This document shows positions 27,941 through 40,780 of a stretch of DNA of 64,000 nt, one piece after another. The translations under genes were made by a program, and so were the position numbers. The first letter of the stretch is position 1. Every line of letters begins with the position of its first letter. Below the pieces are notes generated by a model. It did no database searches and was not told the DNA's origin. It saw nothing but the letters and a program-made list of their open reading frames with translations. This stretch comes from Adineta vaga (taxonomy: Eukaryota > Animalia > Rotifera): contig CP075495.1 of assembly GCA_021613535.1 (NCBI GenBank), positions 7,688,001 through 7,752,000 on the forward strand. The letters run 5' to 3'.

Positions 27941-29686
27941 TTGGCATTGTTTTTATTGTATATGACACTAATTTATTGTAATTCGATCTGTACAATATAT
28001 TTGACTATATATATATATATATATTTTTAAACGTCTTTAGTAGTTATAATAAATTAAGGAAAAAAAACACAACAGAAGGTTTTAATCTAGATAATGATGT
28101 TAATATATAACAAGGAAGTTTTGTAATGGATTGATAAGAAAATAAAATCAAACAGGATATTTGTTTTTACTGATAAAGATATAGTTTGATAAAACAAAAA
28201 ATAGACATGACGTACGTTTTGAAAAAGAAGAAATCATGATATTTAGTTGTATAATTAAGTATCTTCAACATGAGTTTCATACCAAAGTGACATGTCTCAT
28301 CTTTTCTTCATATTGTTTTCTTTTCCTTGAAGCAATAAACACATTCTGATCATTGTCGATCATTTTCTGATGAGATACGATATGACGCATACGCATGCCT
28401 ACGTAAATGTATTGTGTTTATGAATGTGTGATTCGTATCTTCGTGATTAGAAATGTCAATAGAAAGTTTGTATTGTTCCATCTTATTATTCACATTACAT
28501 CATATGATGATCGTCAAGCATGAAATAGGAGCATGCAAGGTGTTATTTAATCAAGAAAAGTCATCAGATTTTAGTTGTGTTCTTTCGATTCTATTCTTTT
28601 CATTATCAATGTTTTATTTAAAACGAAAAACTAGACAGATGGTGTATGTCTTTTTTTCACATCTATACTCGAAATCATAGAGAGAAAGAGAGAGAGAAAT
28701 TTTAACTGTGAATTATTTGATTTGATTAGAATATCATTATTATACGCCCTTTGCTGGAAGGATTAAATGATAGAAAATAGAAGTACGATATCAACCGCCT
28801 ATCAATTTTCTCGTTCGTTGATCGATTACGTGATCGATAGGTTTTTCCCGATGACAAACTTCAAAAGAACAAATCATTTACATCTATATTCATTGTTCGG
28901 ACATTTATTATTCAAGGTATGTCGGCGATACTGTTGGGTGAGCAGTATATATATATATATGTAGGCAACACGCGACAGACCAATGTTGCGCTCGATTTAT
29001 GCCTAAAGCGAGTTGACACGCGTACTCATAATGGAGATCGATGATAGTTTATATAAAGAAAAAGTAAGCTTTGATCCTCTGAATTCATGATCAGATGTGC
29101 ACATTTGGTAATTGAAGACAAATAATGTCTATTCGGATGTGTCATAGTTTTCGTTCATGCTTTTCTATGTACTAAATAATGATTTTCCTCTCTGATGTTT
29201 CTACCTATATAGGATAACGTGTGAATCTACCGGTGAATAATTGATGTCTTGTTCACACTATTTAGTTTCATATAGAAAGAAAAAGTACGTGTTTCTTTAT
29301 ACTAGACATTTATCGAGTATAGAAAAGTTTGTCTGACACTCTACAAGTTGAACTCTTACTGAAAAATGTCTACTTCGTGTTGCACTAATATTTATATGTA
29401 TATATATATAGATAGATAAGACTATATAAGTAGATAAACCATGTATGAATAAGTCTGAAGAGTAAGAGCATAATATTGAAAGATAAAACACTGATCATCA
29501 TTTTAATCTTTAATAGAGGTATAAATAAGTACAATTTTTTTATTTAGTCTATTGTGAAAGTAATGTATTCACTGGTTAATAATCTATTCATGATCGATAA
29601 CTAAAACTTATATGATCAGATCGAAAACAAATATGAATATGACTAGTGTTACGTCAATCAATGATCGAGAAGATCGATTGATTCTT

Positions 29687-31396
29687 TCACGGAAAATATG
29701 AGTTAAATTGGCCTAGAGATCCAGCTGTAGCATACGGATTTGGTGTCAGATTCAAAATATGACAAGCTATTTGATAAATATCACCATTTTTCAAAGAACG
29801 AATTGTTATATGTTGCTGAAAATCGGGACCAATTGCCATAAATATTGCTTGCATAGATGAAAGTGTATTATCATATCCATGATTACCTTTTGTTGGAACT
29901 ATACTCGTCAAGGACTACAAATAAAATCAATGGTTGATACTAAGAATAAGTTTCGTATGTTTTTACTCGAGAGAAAACAGTATTTGTATCATTGGGCACA
30001 ACAATGATATCACCAAGACGATGCTTAATCTTTGCATAATGATATCGCTCGGGGAATTCTTCTCGTTTGTAAACAGTGACATTAGAAATACGATGTAAAC
30101 CATTGAAGACTTGATCAAACTAAGTTTTATTTTCATTTCTGTTCATTGAAACGAACAAAACCACGAAATGTACAATATCAACTTACAAATCCTGGTCGAG
30201 GAGTAAGAACAAGTATGGGACCATCGAGAATCTGTTCTTCAACTTCTTCTCGATTGACATAGCCATCAAGAAATGGTTGAATGATTCGTGTCGTATTTGA
30301 CATGCCCTAAAATCAGAAGAGATCATCATTATCTTTTGTTTTCTACATTTGTACTATCGATTCAATACATGATCAGATAGAATAATAATATTTAAATCAT
30401 CATTGAGTTCATTTTTCACTTTTGTTAATAAATAATCTAAATCAGCATCTAAACGTACAAGCTGTAGAAAAAGATAAAAGAAAATGTCATTAATAATAAT
30501 AATAAACTAGTTCAGATACAAACGGCTTCAAAAGTTTCCTTAGAATCGGGTCCATAAACATGGCCTTGTCTATCAGGTTCACTATCATAATAGTAAAAAA
30601 ACATTATAGTTTCATTCGTCTCTACTGACTTACTAATGATAGATCATTGCTAAATCAAAAGAAGAATTATGAAAATAAGTAATAGCTTCATTAATCTTTT
30701 CACGAAATGGAACGGCATCTGAATAAACTTTCGTATAAGCTAATGGACGAATACCATGAAATTCATTATGACATGCTGGCCAGTAGATGACAGCTGCTTT
30801 TTTATTCTAAACTAGTTTTATTGACTTCAATATCGAAGAGAAAATAATATTTTACTTGTTTTGTTGCAGTTATCCACAATGGTTCAACTTTCGGATCAGA
30901 CCATTGTCCTTCATCTCCAGTACCTAAGAAAAAAACAGAGTTGAAAAACAATAAATATCATAGGAATTTACCAAAGGTAATGAGTTTTTGAAGTTTAGTA
31001 TCAAAAAATCGATTATGAATGATTCCATGATCTTCTTCATACATTCCTAAAGATTTCTGTCAATTAGATAAATTATTTCTTCTCTTTTGATTTACCCGTT
31101 GCTATTGATATATGATTCGGAAATGTCATTGTGACAAATGTTGGTTGCATTCCATGTGTTGTTCTAATACCTTGATTTTGTATTCGATTCAACGTTGAAA
31201 ATGAATATTGAGTTAAATAATCATGTCGAAATCCTGTATAAAAAAACATTCAAAAAAAAGAAAGAAAAAGGTTTTTTTTTTGTTCCCTACCATCGAGTGA
31301 GATAATTAATAAACGAGGTTTCGCTGTTGATAATGTTATTTCAATATAGAATAGCGAAACAATTACTAATAGCCAAGATGATTTTGTCATGATCAT
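29687..31396 (-). CDS. Secreted ectonucleotide pyrophosphatase/phosphodiesterase (ENPP4-7-like), 10 exons; probable frameshift near the C-terminus
   Basis: Signal peptide and metal/catalytic motifs ISLDGFR, TMTFPNH, EPDRQGH, LSDHGM and GNHGYDN are all present across GT-AG introns. Confidence 0.9.
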
Positions 31397-32534
31397 TAAA
31401 ATACAAAAAGCAAGAAAGAAAAGAAGTGTTTTTTTGTTCTCTTATGATATAACTAGGCCAAAAATAAAGAAGACATTTGCATACAATAGCATTTTGATAT
31501 TGTTTTTCTGTATAATCTGTTTGTCTTTGGGTGATATATAACTGTCCCCTATGAGCATAAACAGACATCTGATTTTATCGTTTTCTGACTAGAAGAATAC
31601 ATGATGACCGTGTAAGAGAACATTTGAGTTTAATGTATGATAAATCAGAAGATATTATGTATCGATACATATGGAAGACAGTGAAAATAATATATCGGAT
31701 CATCCGATAGTTTACACGTATGTTACATTATGAAAGAAAATCTATTATCGAATGCTTGACAGGAATATATATGCATAATTTTATGTAAGAACAACACCAA
31801 AAAAAGGATTTAGATGTATTAGCTAGTTTTTCTTTTGTTTCTGTACGTTTTTAAATGTTATTTTATGAATAGATATGTAAATTTTTAAGATATGTAATCA
31901 AATAGATGAATGTGATGTTAATACTATTCTACTCTTTAAATAAATGTTATTCAACATAGTAAATAGCGAATGATATTATTCTAAGATTACTTTGATGAAC
32001 CGAACGAACTCGATTGAAAAGACTTCTCTCAGAGAAAAACATTGATTGATGGGAAATATAAAAACTATTTTATCTAATAAAGAATGTTTTCTTTGTAAAA
32101 ATATATTTATTCTATCATTATGTTTTTAAAAGATAATAAGCAAATTCTCTATATCAAACTATGTCTAAATCAATCGAATAACGTGGAAAGGGAAAATTCG
32201 AAAAGAATTTTTCAGACAATAAAAAAATATCGACAAACAAATTAAAGAGTTAACAAGTTAAAATGTCGAGAAAGAAAATATATCTGTCACAAATTAATAG
32301 TTTTTACAGTGCGTAACTACAAGAGTTCTATATTGATATAAAACGATTTTAAAACATATGAGGATGTGGACGAGTACCTCACTACTTAGCCAACATAGAT
32401 CCGCACCGTTTTCTTACACTTTATTTTCGGTTTTAACTGCTGTTCGATATTTTTCTTCTTGATTAACAAACATTTTTTTTATACTCACTAAATATAAGAT
32501 TATCATTTCATATGGCGCGAAGAAAACAATTCAC

Positions 32535-33480
32535 ATGAGTTGTGATCATTGCAAACAACAATATCAATCAAACACCATAGTCAATTTCAAACCATTTTTA
32601 CTTCAATATGAATCTTCACGTTTGATTACTAATCATGAGCTATCGAATTCTGATTATAAGAAAATCTGTCGAGTAATTCTTTCGTCATGTCTTTCACCTC
32701 CATTATATTATGATAAGAATTTAAATCTTTTCGATCCATATTCCGATCAATGCCGACCTGCAGATATACTTGATTTTCTTTTTCCACCGATTGAATTTAT
32801 CAATAAAACCAATCATAAATACGTATGTCAATTTCATTTCAATAACTAACACTAAATTTTCTTTCTCAATCTAGATAAAATGTGTTTCACGTCATCCAGC
32901 AACTAAAATCGATATTTATAATTTAGAAAAAAATCTTGATCAACGTTTAAGACAATCTCAAGCTCGTGAAATTGGTCTATGTAATCATCGTCGTAATATA
33001 TATGATGAATGTTTCGATGAACTTATTCGACAAGTAACAATTGAATGTAGTGAACGTGGCATATTACTATCACGTATTCGAAATACATATCGTCAATTGA
33101 TGAGAAATTATTTAAATAATTATTTAAGTGCAAATGCTTATGCTATGCGTACACTTCTTTTTAAACAACAAGAAAAAATGAAATTAAATGATGACATTGT
33201 TCATTTACAATATGAGATTGAGCAATTAAGAAAACAATTAATCAGTGCAGAAGATCAGTATGAAAATCTTTTGAAATCATATTCAAAAATGAAATCAACA
33301 AATGAATATCGATATCAAACAATAAATAATACAGTTCCATTAGAATTACAACAATTACGAACAACTAATAAATTGTTAAAACACGAATTAGAAAATATTT
33401 TATTGAAAAAATTAAATCTTCCAATACCAGATAGAACAATAAGGAATAATGAAGAGGAATTTGAAAATTATGACAAATAA
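32535..33480 (+). CDS. Axonemal dynein light intermediate chain p28/DNALI1-like (exons 32535-32822, 32875-33480)
   Basis: VSRHPATKIDI...LDQRLRQSQAREIGLC..RRNIYDECFDELIRQVTIECSERGILL matches the p28 core, followed by a coiled coil. The N-terminus is divergent. Confidence 0.85.
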
Positions 33481-34840
33481 AATCGTTATATCGTATCTAA
33501 ACAATACCAAGAAAAATAAATGTGATATTGAGAAGTTACAATTTCTTCAGCTCTAAAACATTTGTAGTTGTGCGATACTACATAGAAGTGAGTCTTCAAT
33601 ATGATATGCAATGTGGTTAATTGCGTGTCTATCTTCAATCGAAGTAACAAATAATCATTGCAGAATAGTTCAGATCGATAAAACTTAAACAATAGTTATA
33701 CGCTGTTTAACTTCGAGACATGCATACTAGCTTGGGAACTGGTTGTAAATCATAACGTAATCTTTACCGCAGAAGATCAAAACACGTTATATTTATGGTT
33801 CATTTACGATCGTAATCCATCATCATGCATCACAGATATCATTCTCTTTTCTCATTTTAATAAAGTTATAGATTTTCAATCTGAGAAGAAATATTTCTCG
33901 ATAATAATAGAGAACAACGTTCATCTTGGGAGAACACATACATATAAACGATTGATAAACGTGCTCTGATCATTCGCTTGTCTTTTATGAATATCAATAT
34001 TTACCTATTCTTTTCTTCCTTCTCTATGTATATCTATCAGTTGATGTATGTTAAGATAAAAACAATGAATTCCTATAATAAAAAAGAAAAAGAAACGAAA
34101 GAAAATCGTTCGTTTATTGTCAAATAAAATGACTAAATTGAAATCCGAACGAAAAAAGAAAACGTTCGATATTTGTTTTCGACTCGATCATGAAAATCTA
34201 TTGAAGCATAATGTTTGTAATTTATGCTTAAAAGAAAAAAAACAGACATCTAATCAAATCAATTGATGATCGACCGTGCGAAAGGAGGAGCGTAATCATC
34301 GAACTAGAAAATCATTATTTCATTTAAACAAATCCGTCTTTCTTGCAAGAAGAAAAAAGAAGAAGGAATATATCCAATTCATTTTCGATCCATCTTAACC
34401 TTTCAATTGTTTAACCGAGCAAAGAAAGAAGTTATCATTTCATTCGTATTTCTTATCAATGTAAATATTGATTTGAACCAATGAAAAGCAAGTCTTATCT
34501 CTAACTCATTTCTACTTGAAACAAATTTAAAATACAAATGATTAATTAAAGATGCATAGAAAGGGAGGGAAAGAAAAGAATTTTGAACAAAAATATCTAA
34601 CACAATTTCACGGTGACGAGTGTCATATATATATATATATATATATTGAGGTGACATCGTATGCAAATGTGTCTCCTGCACTTGACTATTTGAAACAATA
34701 GAAAATAATCAAATGATTGACAGTTGATTTTTTAATTAATATATTTGTGAATATTGTAAGAAAACAAGAAAAGAAACCTGTACAAAAAAAGACGAATAAG
34801 AAGCAGAAGAAGAAAAAGACAAAACGAAATTCTCTGCGTG

Positions 34841-36271
34841 TTATGGCCAAGGACTTGTTGACCAAGCCGATGTTTGACCAGGTTGCTGTTGTCTAAAACA
34901 ATTTTCATATGAACTATGGAACTGGCTATTTAATGTTGGATATTGATGATGATGATGATAACCAATTGATTGCATGTAAACATTATATGCTGATGTATCA
35001 AATGAGGAAGAAGGATTTGTTGTTGATGTTGTACCTGATAGAGTTGTATCGTTAAGAATAGTTCCATATGGTGAGGAAGATGTTGGAGATGAGGAAGAAG
35101 CTGGTGGACCATAGAGAGATTTACCATCTTGAACAAGTAATGGAACAGGAACACGACGAATTGGCTGTTGAGTAGATGGTGGTGGAGAAGAATTGTTTGG
35201 GTCAAAACAAAGATCAGTATAAGAAGAAATGCCTTTTGACGAATTTTCTTGTTTCGCCCGTTTAAGTTTATATCGACTAGAAATTTTGGAGTTTCAAGAT
35301 ATTTTGAAATGAAAACATATGCAATTGAACTTACTGATTTTGAAACCATATTTTACATTGATTTGCAGTTAAACCAATATGTTTCGCGAGTAATTCTCTT
35401 TCCGGTGCCGATAGATAATGTTGAGCATTAAAGCGTTGTTCTAGTGTTGCAATTTGTTGTTTAGTAAATAGAATTCGTCGCTTACGTTTCTTGCCTCCAC
35501 TAGATACTTCATTAGAATTATTTGATTTTTTCGTTTTATTATTTGATACTGGTGTTGGTGAAGCACGTCCTATGGATTGTTGTTGTTGTTGTTGTTCATC
35601 ATTCTCAATAATTTTGGATGTTGATGATGATGTTGATGAATTTTTATCTTCATCAAGTGAATTAAATGGAGGTTTGAGAGGCATAATCGTTGATGTTGAT
35701 GGAACACAATGAACAGGACTATGATGTATAGAATTCGAATTGGGAATATAGGGTTCAACTTTTTCATTTTTAAATTCATTATTTAATGGAGATATGGAAT
35801 TCCTGTAGGATGCGGCTGCTGCAGCTAACGATGAATAGGTTGATACCGAATGATGATGATGATGTCGATCATAACCAGTTGAATATGAATGTGGATGATA
35901 GAGACCAAAACTGTTCATTTCTAGGAAGACCGAAAAAAAATGAAACTATAAATCAATCACATGTTTATGAATAAATTAAATCGACAATTTAGTGTTTTCT
36001 ATTTTAAACGGTTGACATCCGCCGGTAAGATCAAGTGATATCCGGAGAAAAGAAAAAGAAAAATTTAATAAACCTCAAGAAAAATATCATTGTTAAACAG
36101 AACTTTTGATTGATCTTTTTCTTTGGTACTTTTCAGCTTACCTGAAAAATTGTCTGGACCCATCCATGATGGTGTTGGAGCGTAGAGAAGAGAATTTGGA
36201 TAAGCAGTAGCTGCTGCTGCAGCGGCTGCCGATGCTGAACCAACTAATTCGTGTTTGATTCCGTTCATCAT
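34841..36271 (-). CDS. Nkx2-2: NK2.2/vnd-type homeobox protein (exons 36142-36271, 35335-35920, 34841-35276; possible upstream ATG exon ending at 36355-36357)
   Basis: Homeodomain [13 protein letters not shown]...YLSAPERE...KIWFQNHRYKLKR with Tyr54, NK2-[15 protein letters not shown] and a Trp-containing C-terminus. Confidence 0.9.
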
Positions 36272-39200
36272 ATTGATAGTCTAAATAGATAAGTCAAATA
36301 AAATATTTTCAATAAAATTATTCATAGGTAAAGTTTCATTTTAAAATTTTATACCATTTCTCAATGAAATCGGGAAGATGGATATGCTCATCATTGTTGA
36401 TACAAAAAAAAACTAAAAATGTATTTTGTCCGCTTTTTTCCTTCTTTTTTTTTATGTTCTTTCTCGTCTATCTTTTCTCCTTCTCTCTAGATTAGAAGAT
36501 GCCGCACATGAGGGACCACTCCAACACAGGCTGGTTTTCAAGGATCGCTACTCGAATGGGCACTTGAAAAAAAACAGAAGGAGGAGAAAAAGAAGAAAAA
36601 AAATGAGATGAAGATTGTTACGTACGAAGAGCCACTCGTTATATTGAAGGGATAGCCAATCTCGAGTGCGCACCGTTTGTGTTGTGCACACAAGTTGTTA
36701 TTGTTGTGTATGTGTCTACGTGTATGTATGTGCGCACCGGAGTTTCTTTTTCCTTTCTCGTTTTCTCTCTTTCTACACTTTTTTTTCTTTTTCTTACTTT
36801 CAGGTAGATAGCCTCCGGAGAACTTTATCTACTTGGTCAAATAAAAGCATAAGAGAGCAAGAGAGGAAAAAATAGATGTGTAGAACGAATAGCGAACACA
36901 CCGTCTCTGTGTAATCTGCACTTGAACGAGAATGTGAAAGAGAGGAAGAGAGGGAGAGAAGAGGGGGGAAGAGAGGCCTGTCAAATTGATTTCATCGTTC
37001 GTATCATATGCAAATACTGAAACATTTCTTTCTCTCTCTCTCTCTCTCTTTCTTTACTTTTTTCTTTTTTTTCCTTCAAAGTTTAATCACGATACAATTG
37101 ACTTTGCATTCACATTTCATGAATTATTCCATTCATCATTCACGAAAATCTAACATAAGCAGGATAAGAAAAAAAGAAAATAATCTGATTGGTGTAAAAT
37201 TCGATCAAGAAAAAGAACCAATAAGAAATTTGTGATGTTTTCTTTAACGAAGAATAATTTTACCTGTATTTTGACAATGACATAAGACAATAGAAGGGTT
37301 TGTGTTTTTGAAGGATTCTCTCGTTATATTTTCATTTATTAATGCCAATAGTGTTCGATGATGATTAAATGGATTTAACGAGGAAAATGATAAAGACAAA
37401 AAAAAAGGAGAAATAGTGAGGGCAATAAATCTCCATCTGTGAAGATATTCGCTTTAATCTTTTATGTGAGTGATAAGTTCTCATTGTTTCTTTGAAATGG
37501 TTTACTATTTAAAAAACACATATAGACTAGTTTTCAAGATTTTCTTATACTCAAAGAATTTCTTGATAGAATAAAATAGATATTCGTAAAACATCTGTAA
37601 TGTTAGATTTTATCTAATTTTTGTTGAAAACTTCTTGAAATATCGAAAATGTTGAACTAAATCGGATTCAGAATAGCACTGATCAGATATTCATCACATC
37701 TCTATTGAAAAGAATCCCGTAAAATTCAATTGTCACTATTGGTCAGGTGTCAAAGATCACAATTAATATGTTTACACCTTGACTCGTGCCTCACTTACAT
37801 TTGAATTTTAAACTCAAGACGATGTTTTTCTTCCTAATTTAATCGATAACAATTATTATAAATATTGACTCATTCTCATTTATTACACAATTAAAACTAT
37901 ACATGATTGATATCAAAAGAGTTTTTTTTTTCTGAACAGGATGTATACTTTTCCTGAATAGGAATTTCAATCAAAGATAATATTCCGCAAAATTGAAATT
38001 ATTCATCGAACTTACCAATAGTTGATTCGATTGATTTGACAAGATTATAATCTGGATAGTTAAGAACAAAAAAACGAAACTCTTGACTTGTCGCCGTCGT
38101 CGTAGTACACACACTTCACACCCAAGTTACATCAATTGTCTTTTGCATGTGTAGAAGTATTTCTAACATTCGTTTCTTTCTTTTTTCTTACATTCATTCA
38201 ACTTTTATAAAAAAAATAATGTCCAAAAAAAATGAAGCTAGAGAAGAAGAGTTTTTTCTTCTTCCCTTTTAAGTTAAAATAAACTTTGTTCATGATAAAT
38301 AAACAAGGACAATACTTTTCTAAAATTTTGTCATCATTATTAACACTTATTCACTCATTTTTTCTCTTTCGCTTTCTCATGCAGTTACTTCAGGCAAATT
38401 GTCCGATGAATGTAGATGGATGAGCACTTATGTGACGAACAAGTACATGAAATACTTAACTAGAGGCTTTTTTCTCTTTCTTCTCACTATTACAACAACG
38501 AAACGCCTGTTCAAATCGCTGTTACTAAAGTTGTTATTGTTATTGTTGATGCACACATATCCATCGGGTTTTGTTCTTCGTCAATTGAAGTATGTTACTC
38601 TTTTAAATTGTTGTAAAAATGTTCTTACATAAAGCGAGATATATTTTATTTTTCACTTTAAATTTTGAAAAACGATTCAATGACAAAAATTCCTGATTTT
38701 TCTTCTCTCTCAAGCTACTTGAAATGATGATGATGATGGTGATGATGAGGGTGGTGGAAGAGATCAATGAAAGAATTAATTTCTTTTTTTTGTCTCACTG
38801 ATCCCTAAAGGCTTCACATTGATGAAAATTGATACAGCGAAGCATTTCATTGCTGTTTTCTTTTCATTTGATGACAATTGTCACCTTTTCAATGAATCTT
38901 TCGATGAATTTGTTGTTTCCTTTATTCTTCGAGTTTTGAAAGATTCGGAGATAGAAAGAAAAAGCTGATTAGATTTTGACAGGTGTTTGAAATCTCTATA
39001 TGAGTGTCAACTATAAGTAGCAATAAAAGTGTTAGCAAATAATACTTCAATAAAAATGATTTATTCCAAGAAGATTAGAAAAATGTTTATTTACTAATAG
39101 ATAGAAAATGATTAATAGAAGGTTCATTGAAATTCAATAGATGAAATCTTGTGAAAGTATTTTTCTTTTAAATTTCATATCAATTCAGTTTAGAACAAAA

Positions 39201-40363
39201 TATTTAATATGCAATGATCAATTTGCATATTTCATCGAAGAAAAAAAAATATGAATTAATTTTCATTCCTTAGTCAACATGTTTTCATTATTCCAACCTA
39301 TGAAATTCGATAGAATAAATCAAATCTTTATTACATTAGGAAATTTCAATAAATTTCGTGATACTATTCGAAACCATAGAGGATTCAAAATATGCCAGAA
39401 GTAATAATGAATTTTACTATTCAAAATCGAAAGATATGTTTTCTTAAGTTGAATTTACTTATTTCATTTTCTAATGTCATGATAAATATAATTATTTTAT
39501 AGCTAAATATGTCTCCTCCCATCATTAGTTTGATTTTGAATTGAAATATCGATGTTTCTAATTAGTACTCTCCTGATATGATATAGCTACCTCGTTCAAT
39601 TTATCAAAGTTTTTAAATCTAAAAAAATATGAACTAATAGGAGTCTGAAAATCTGCTAATGCATATAAAATACAACACCTTTAGGGTGTTAATTGTCAAT
39701 AAAAATAAAATTTTAACAAATGTTATTTTTGAAACCTTTTCTTCCTCTTTTTTGCTTATTTTGCCGTTCTCAACAACTGGTAGACATAGTAATTATGAAT
39801 ATAACAAAAGAAAAAGTAAAATGTAATTTTTTTTTGTTAGTAACACACAGCTCAGTTTAATTCGATAATGTTTTTTTCATCCTTGAACCTTTTGTTTTAT
39901 TGTTGTCATAGGAAATTCCATTTTGTTTTCAAGAACTTTGCGTAGGGATGAAATCATATTATCAATAAAGCAAATCGTTTATAGTTTTAAGTAAATTTAA
40001 TATCGTCAATTCTTTGCTTTTATCTTTGATTTCACGTCAATTACTCGATTATTGAAATACAGAAGTGTTTGCTAATCGATTGTCAACTTCCGAATTCTCA
40101 ATGAGCTCAGACAGATTTTTCTCGTTGAATTTATAAATGAAAAAAGAAAAAGATTTCTGGCATTTTCTATTTGTATTGGAATTTAAATCGAACAAATAAT
40201 AGATTTTATTTCGAAACTTAAGAGTGTTAATCAACGTTTCTTTTGTGAATAATACAAAATTTTGGTTGCTAGTTATTTTGAATTCAAACATTGTCAACAA
40301 TATATTCGTCACTACAACTTGCATTATTATGGTTTGGTTAACATACAAACTAAAACGCAGTTT

Positions 40364-40394
40364 TTTCTTCTTCTTCTTCTTCTTCTTCTTCTTC
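40364..40394. repeat. (TTC)n microsatellite
   Basis: About 10 TTC units. Confidence 0.85.
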
Positions 40395-40673
40395 GACTCG
40401 GTTTTACTTTGATTACTTTCTGTTCTTCATTTTTTGCCATTACCGAGCTCTTTTGTTACAAGAAATGAAACTTTCTTTTCTTCTTCGTCTTCTTGTTGTT
40501 CTTTTTTTTGAAATTTTTTTCTCGTTTTCTTCCGTTGTTGTTAGGTAAAAGAATAAAGAAAATGAGAGTATACCGGCAATGATTGCAAACGAACGGCAAG
40601 CGAATGAGAGAGAAATGGGCATCCGTTTGGGTGATGCTTGTGACATACATATCACTGTTTGTGTATGTTAATC

Positions 40674-40685
40674 GTTGCTGGTAAC
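40674..40685. promoter_or_regulatory. RFX X-box-like element
   Basis: GTTGCTGGTAAC about 100 nt upstream of the ATG at 40781; resembles the GTNRCY(N0-3)RGYAAC consensus. Confidence 0.45.
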
Positions 40686-40780
40686 AACAGAAGAGAAGAG
40701 CATTTAACAATTTCTAACTTTTCATACATATTTGTGTGTTTGGATTCTCTTCACATATAATATCGAGTTGAAATCAAACG

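Noticed and set aside
29030-29090. Possible C/D-box snoRNA (ATGATA...CTGA)
   Set aside because: Imperfect C box, no convincing terminal stem and no identifiable guide.
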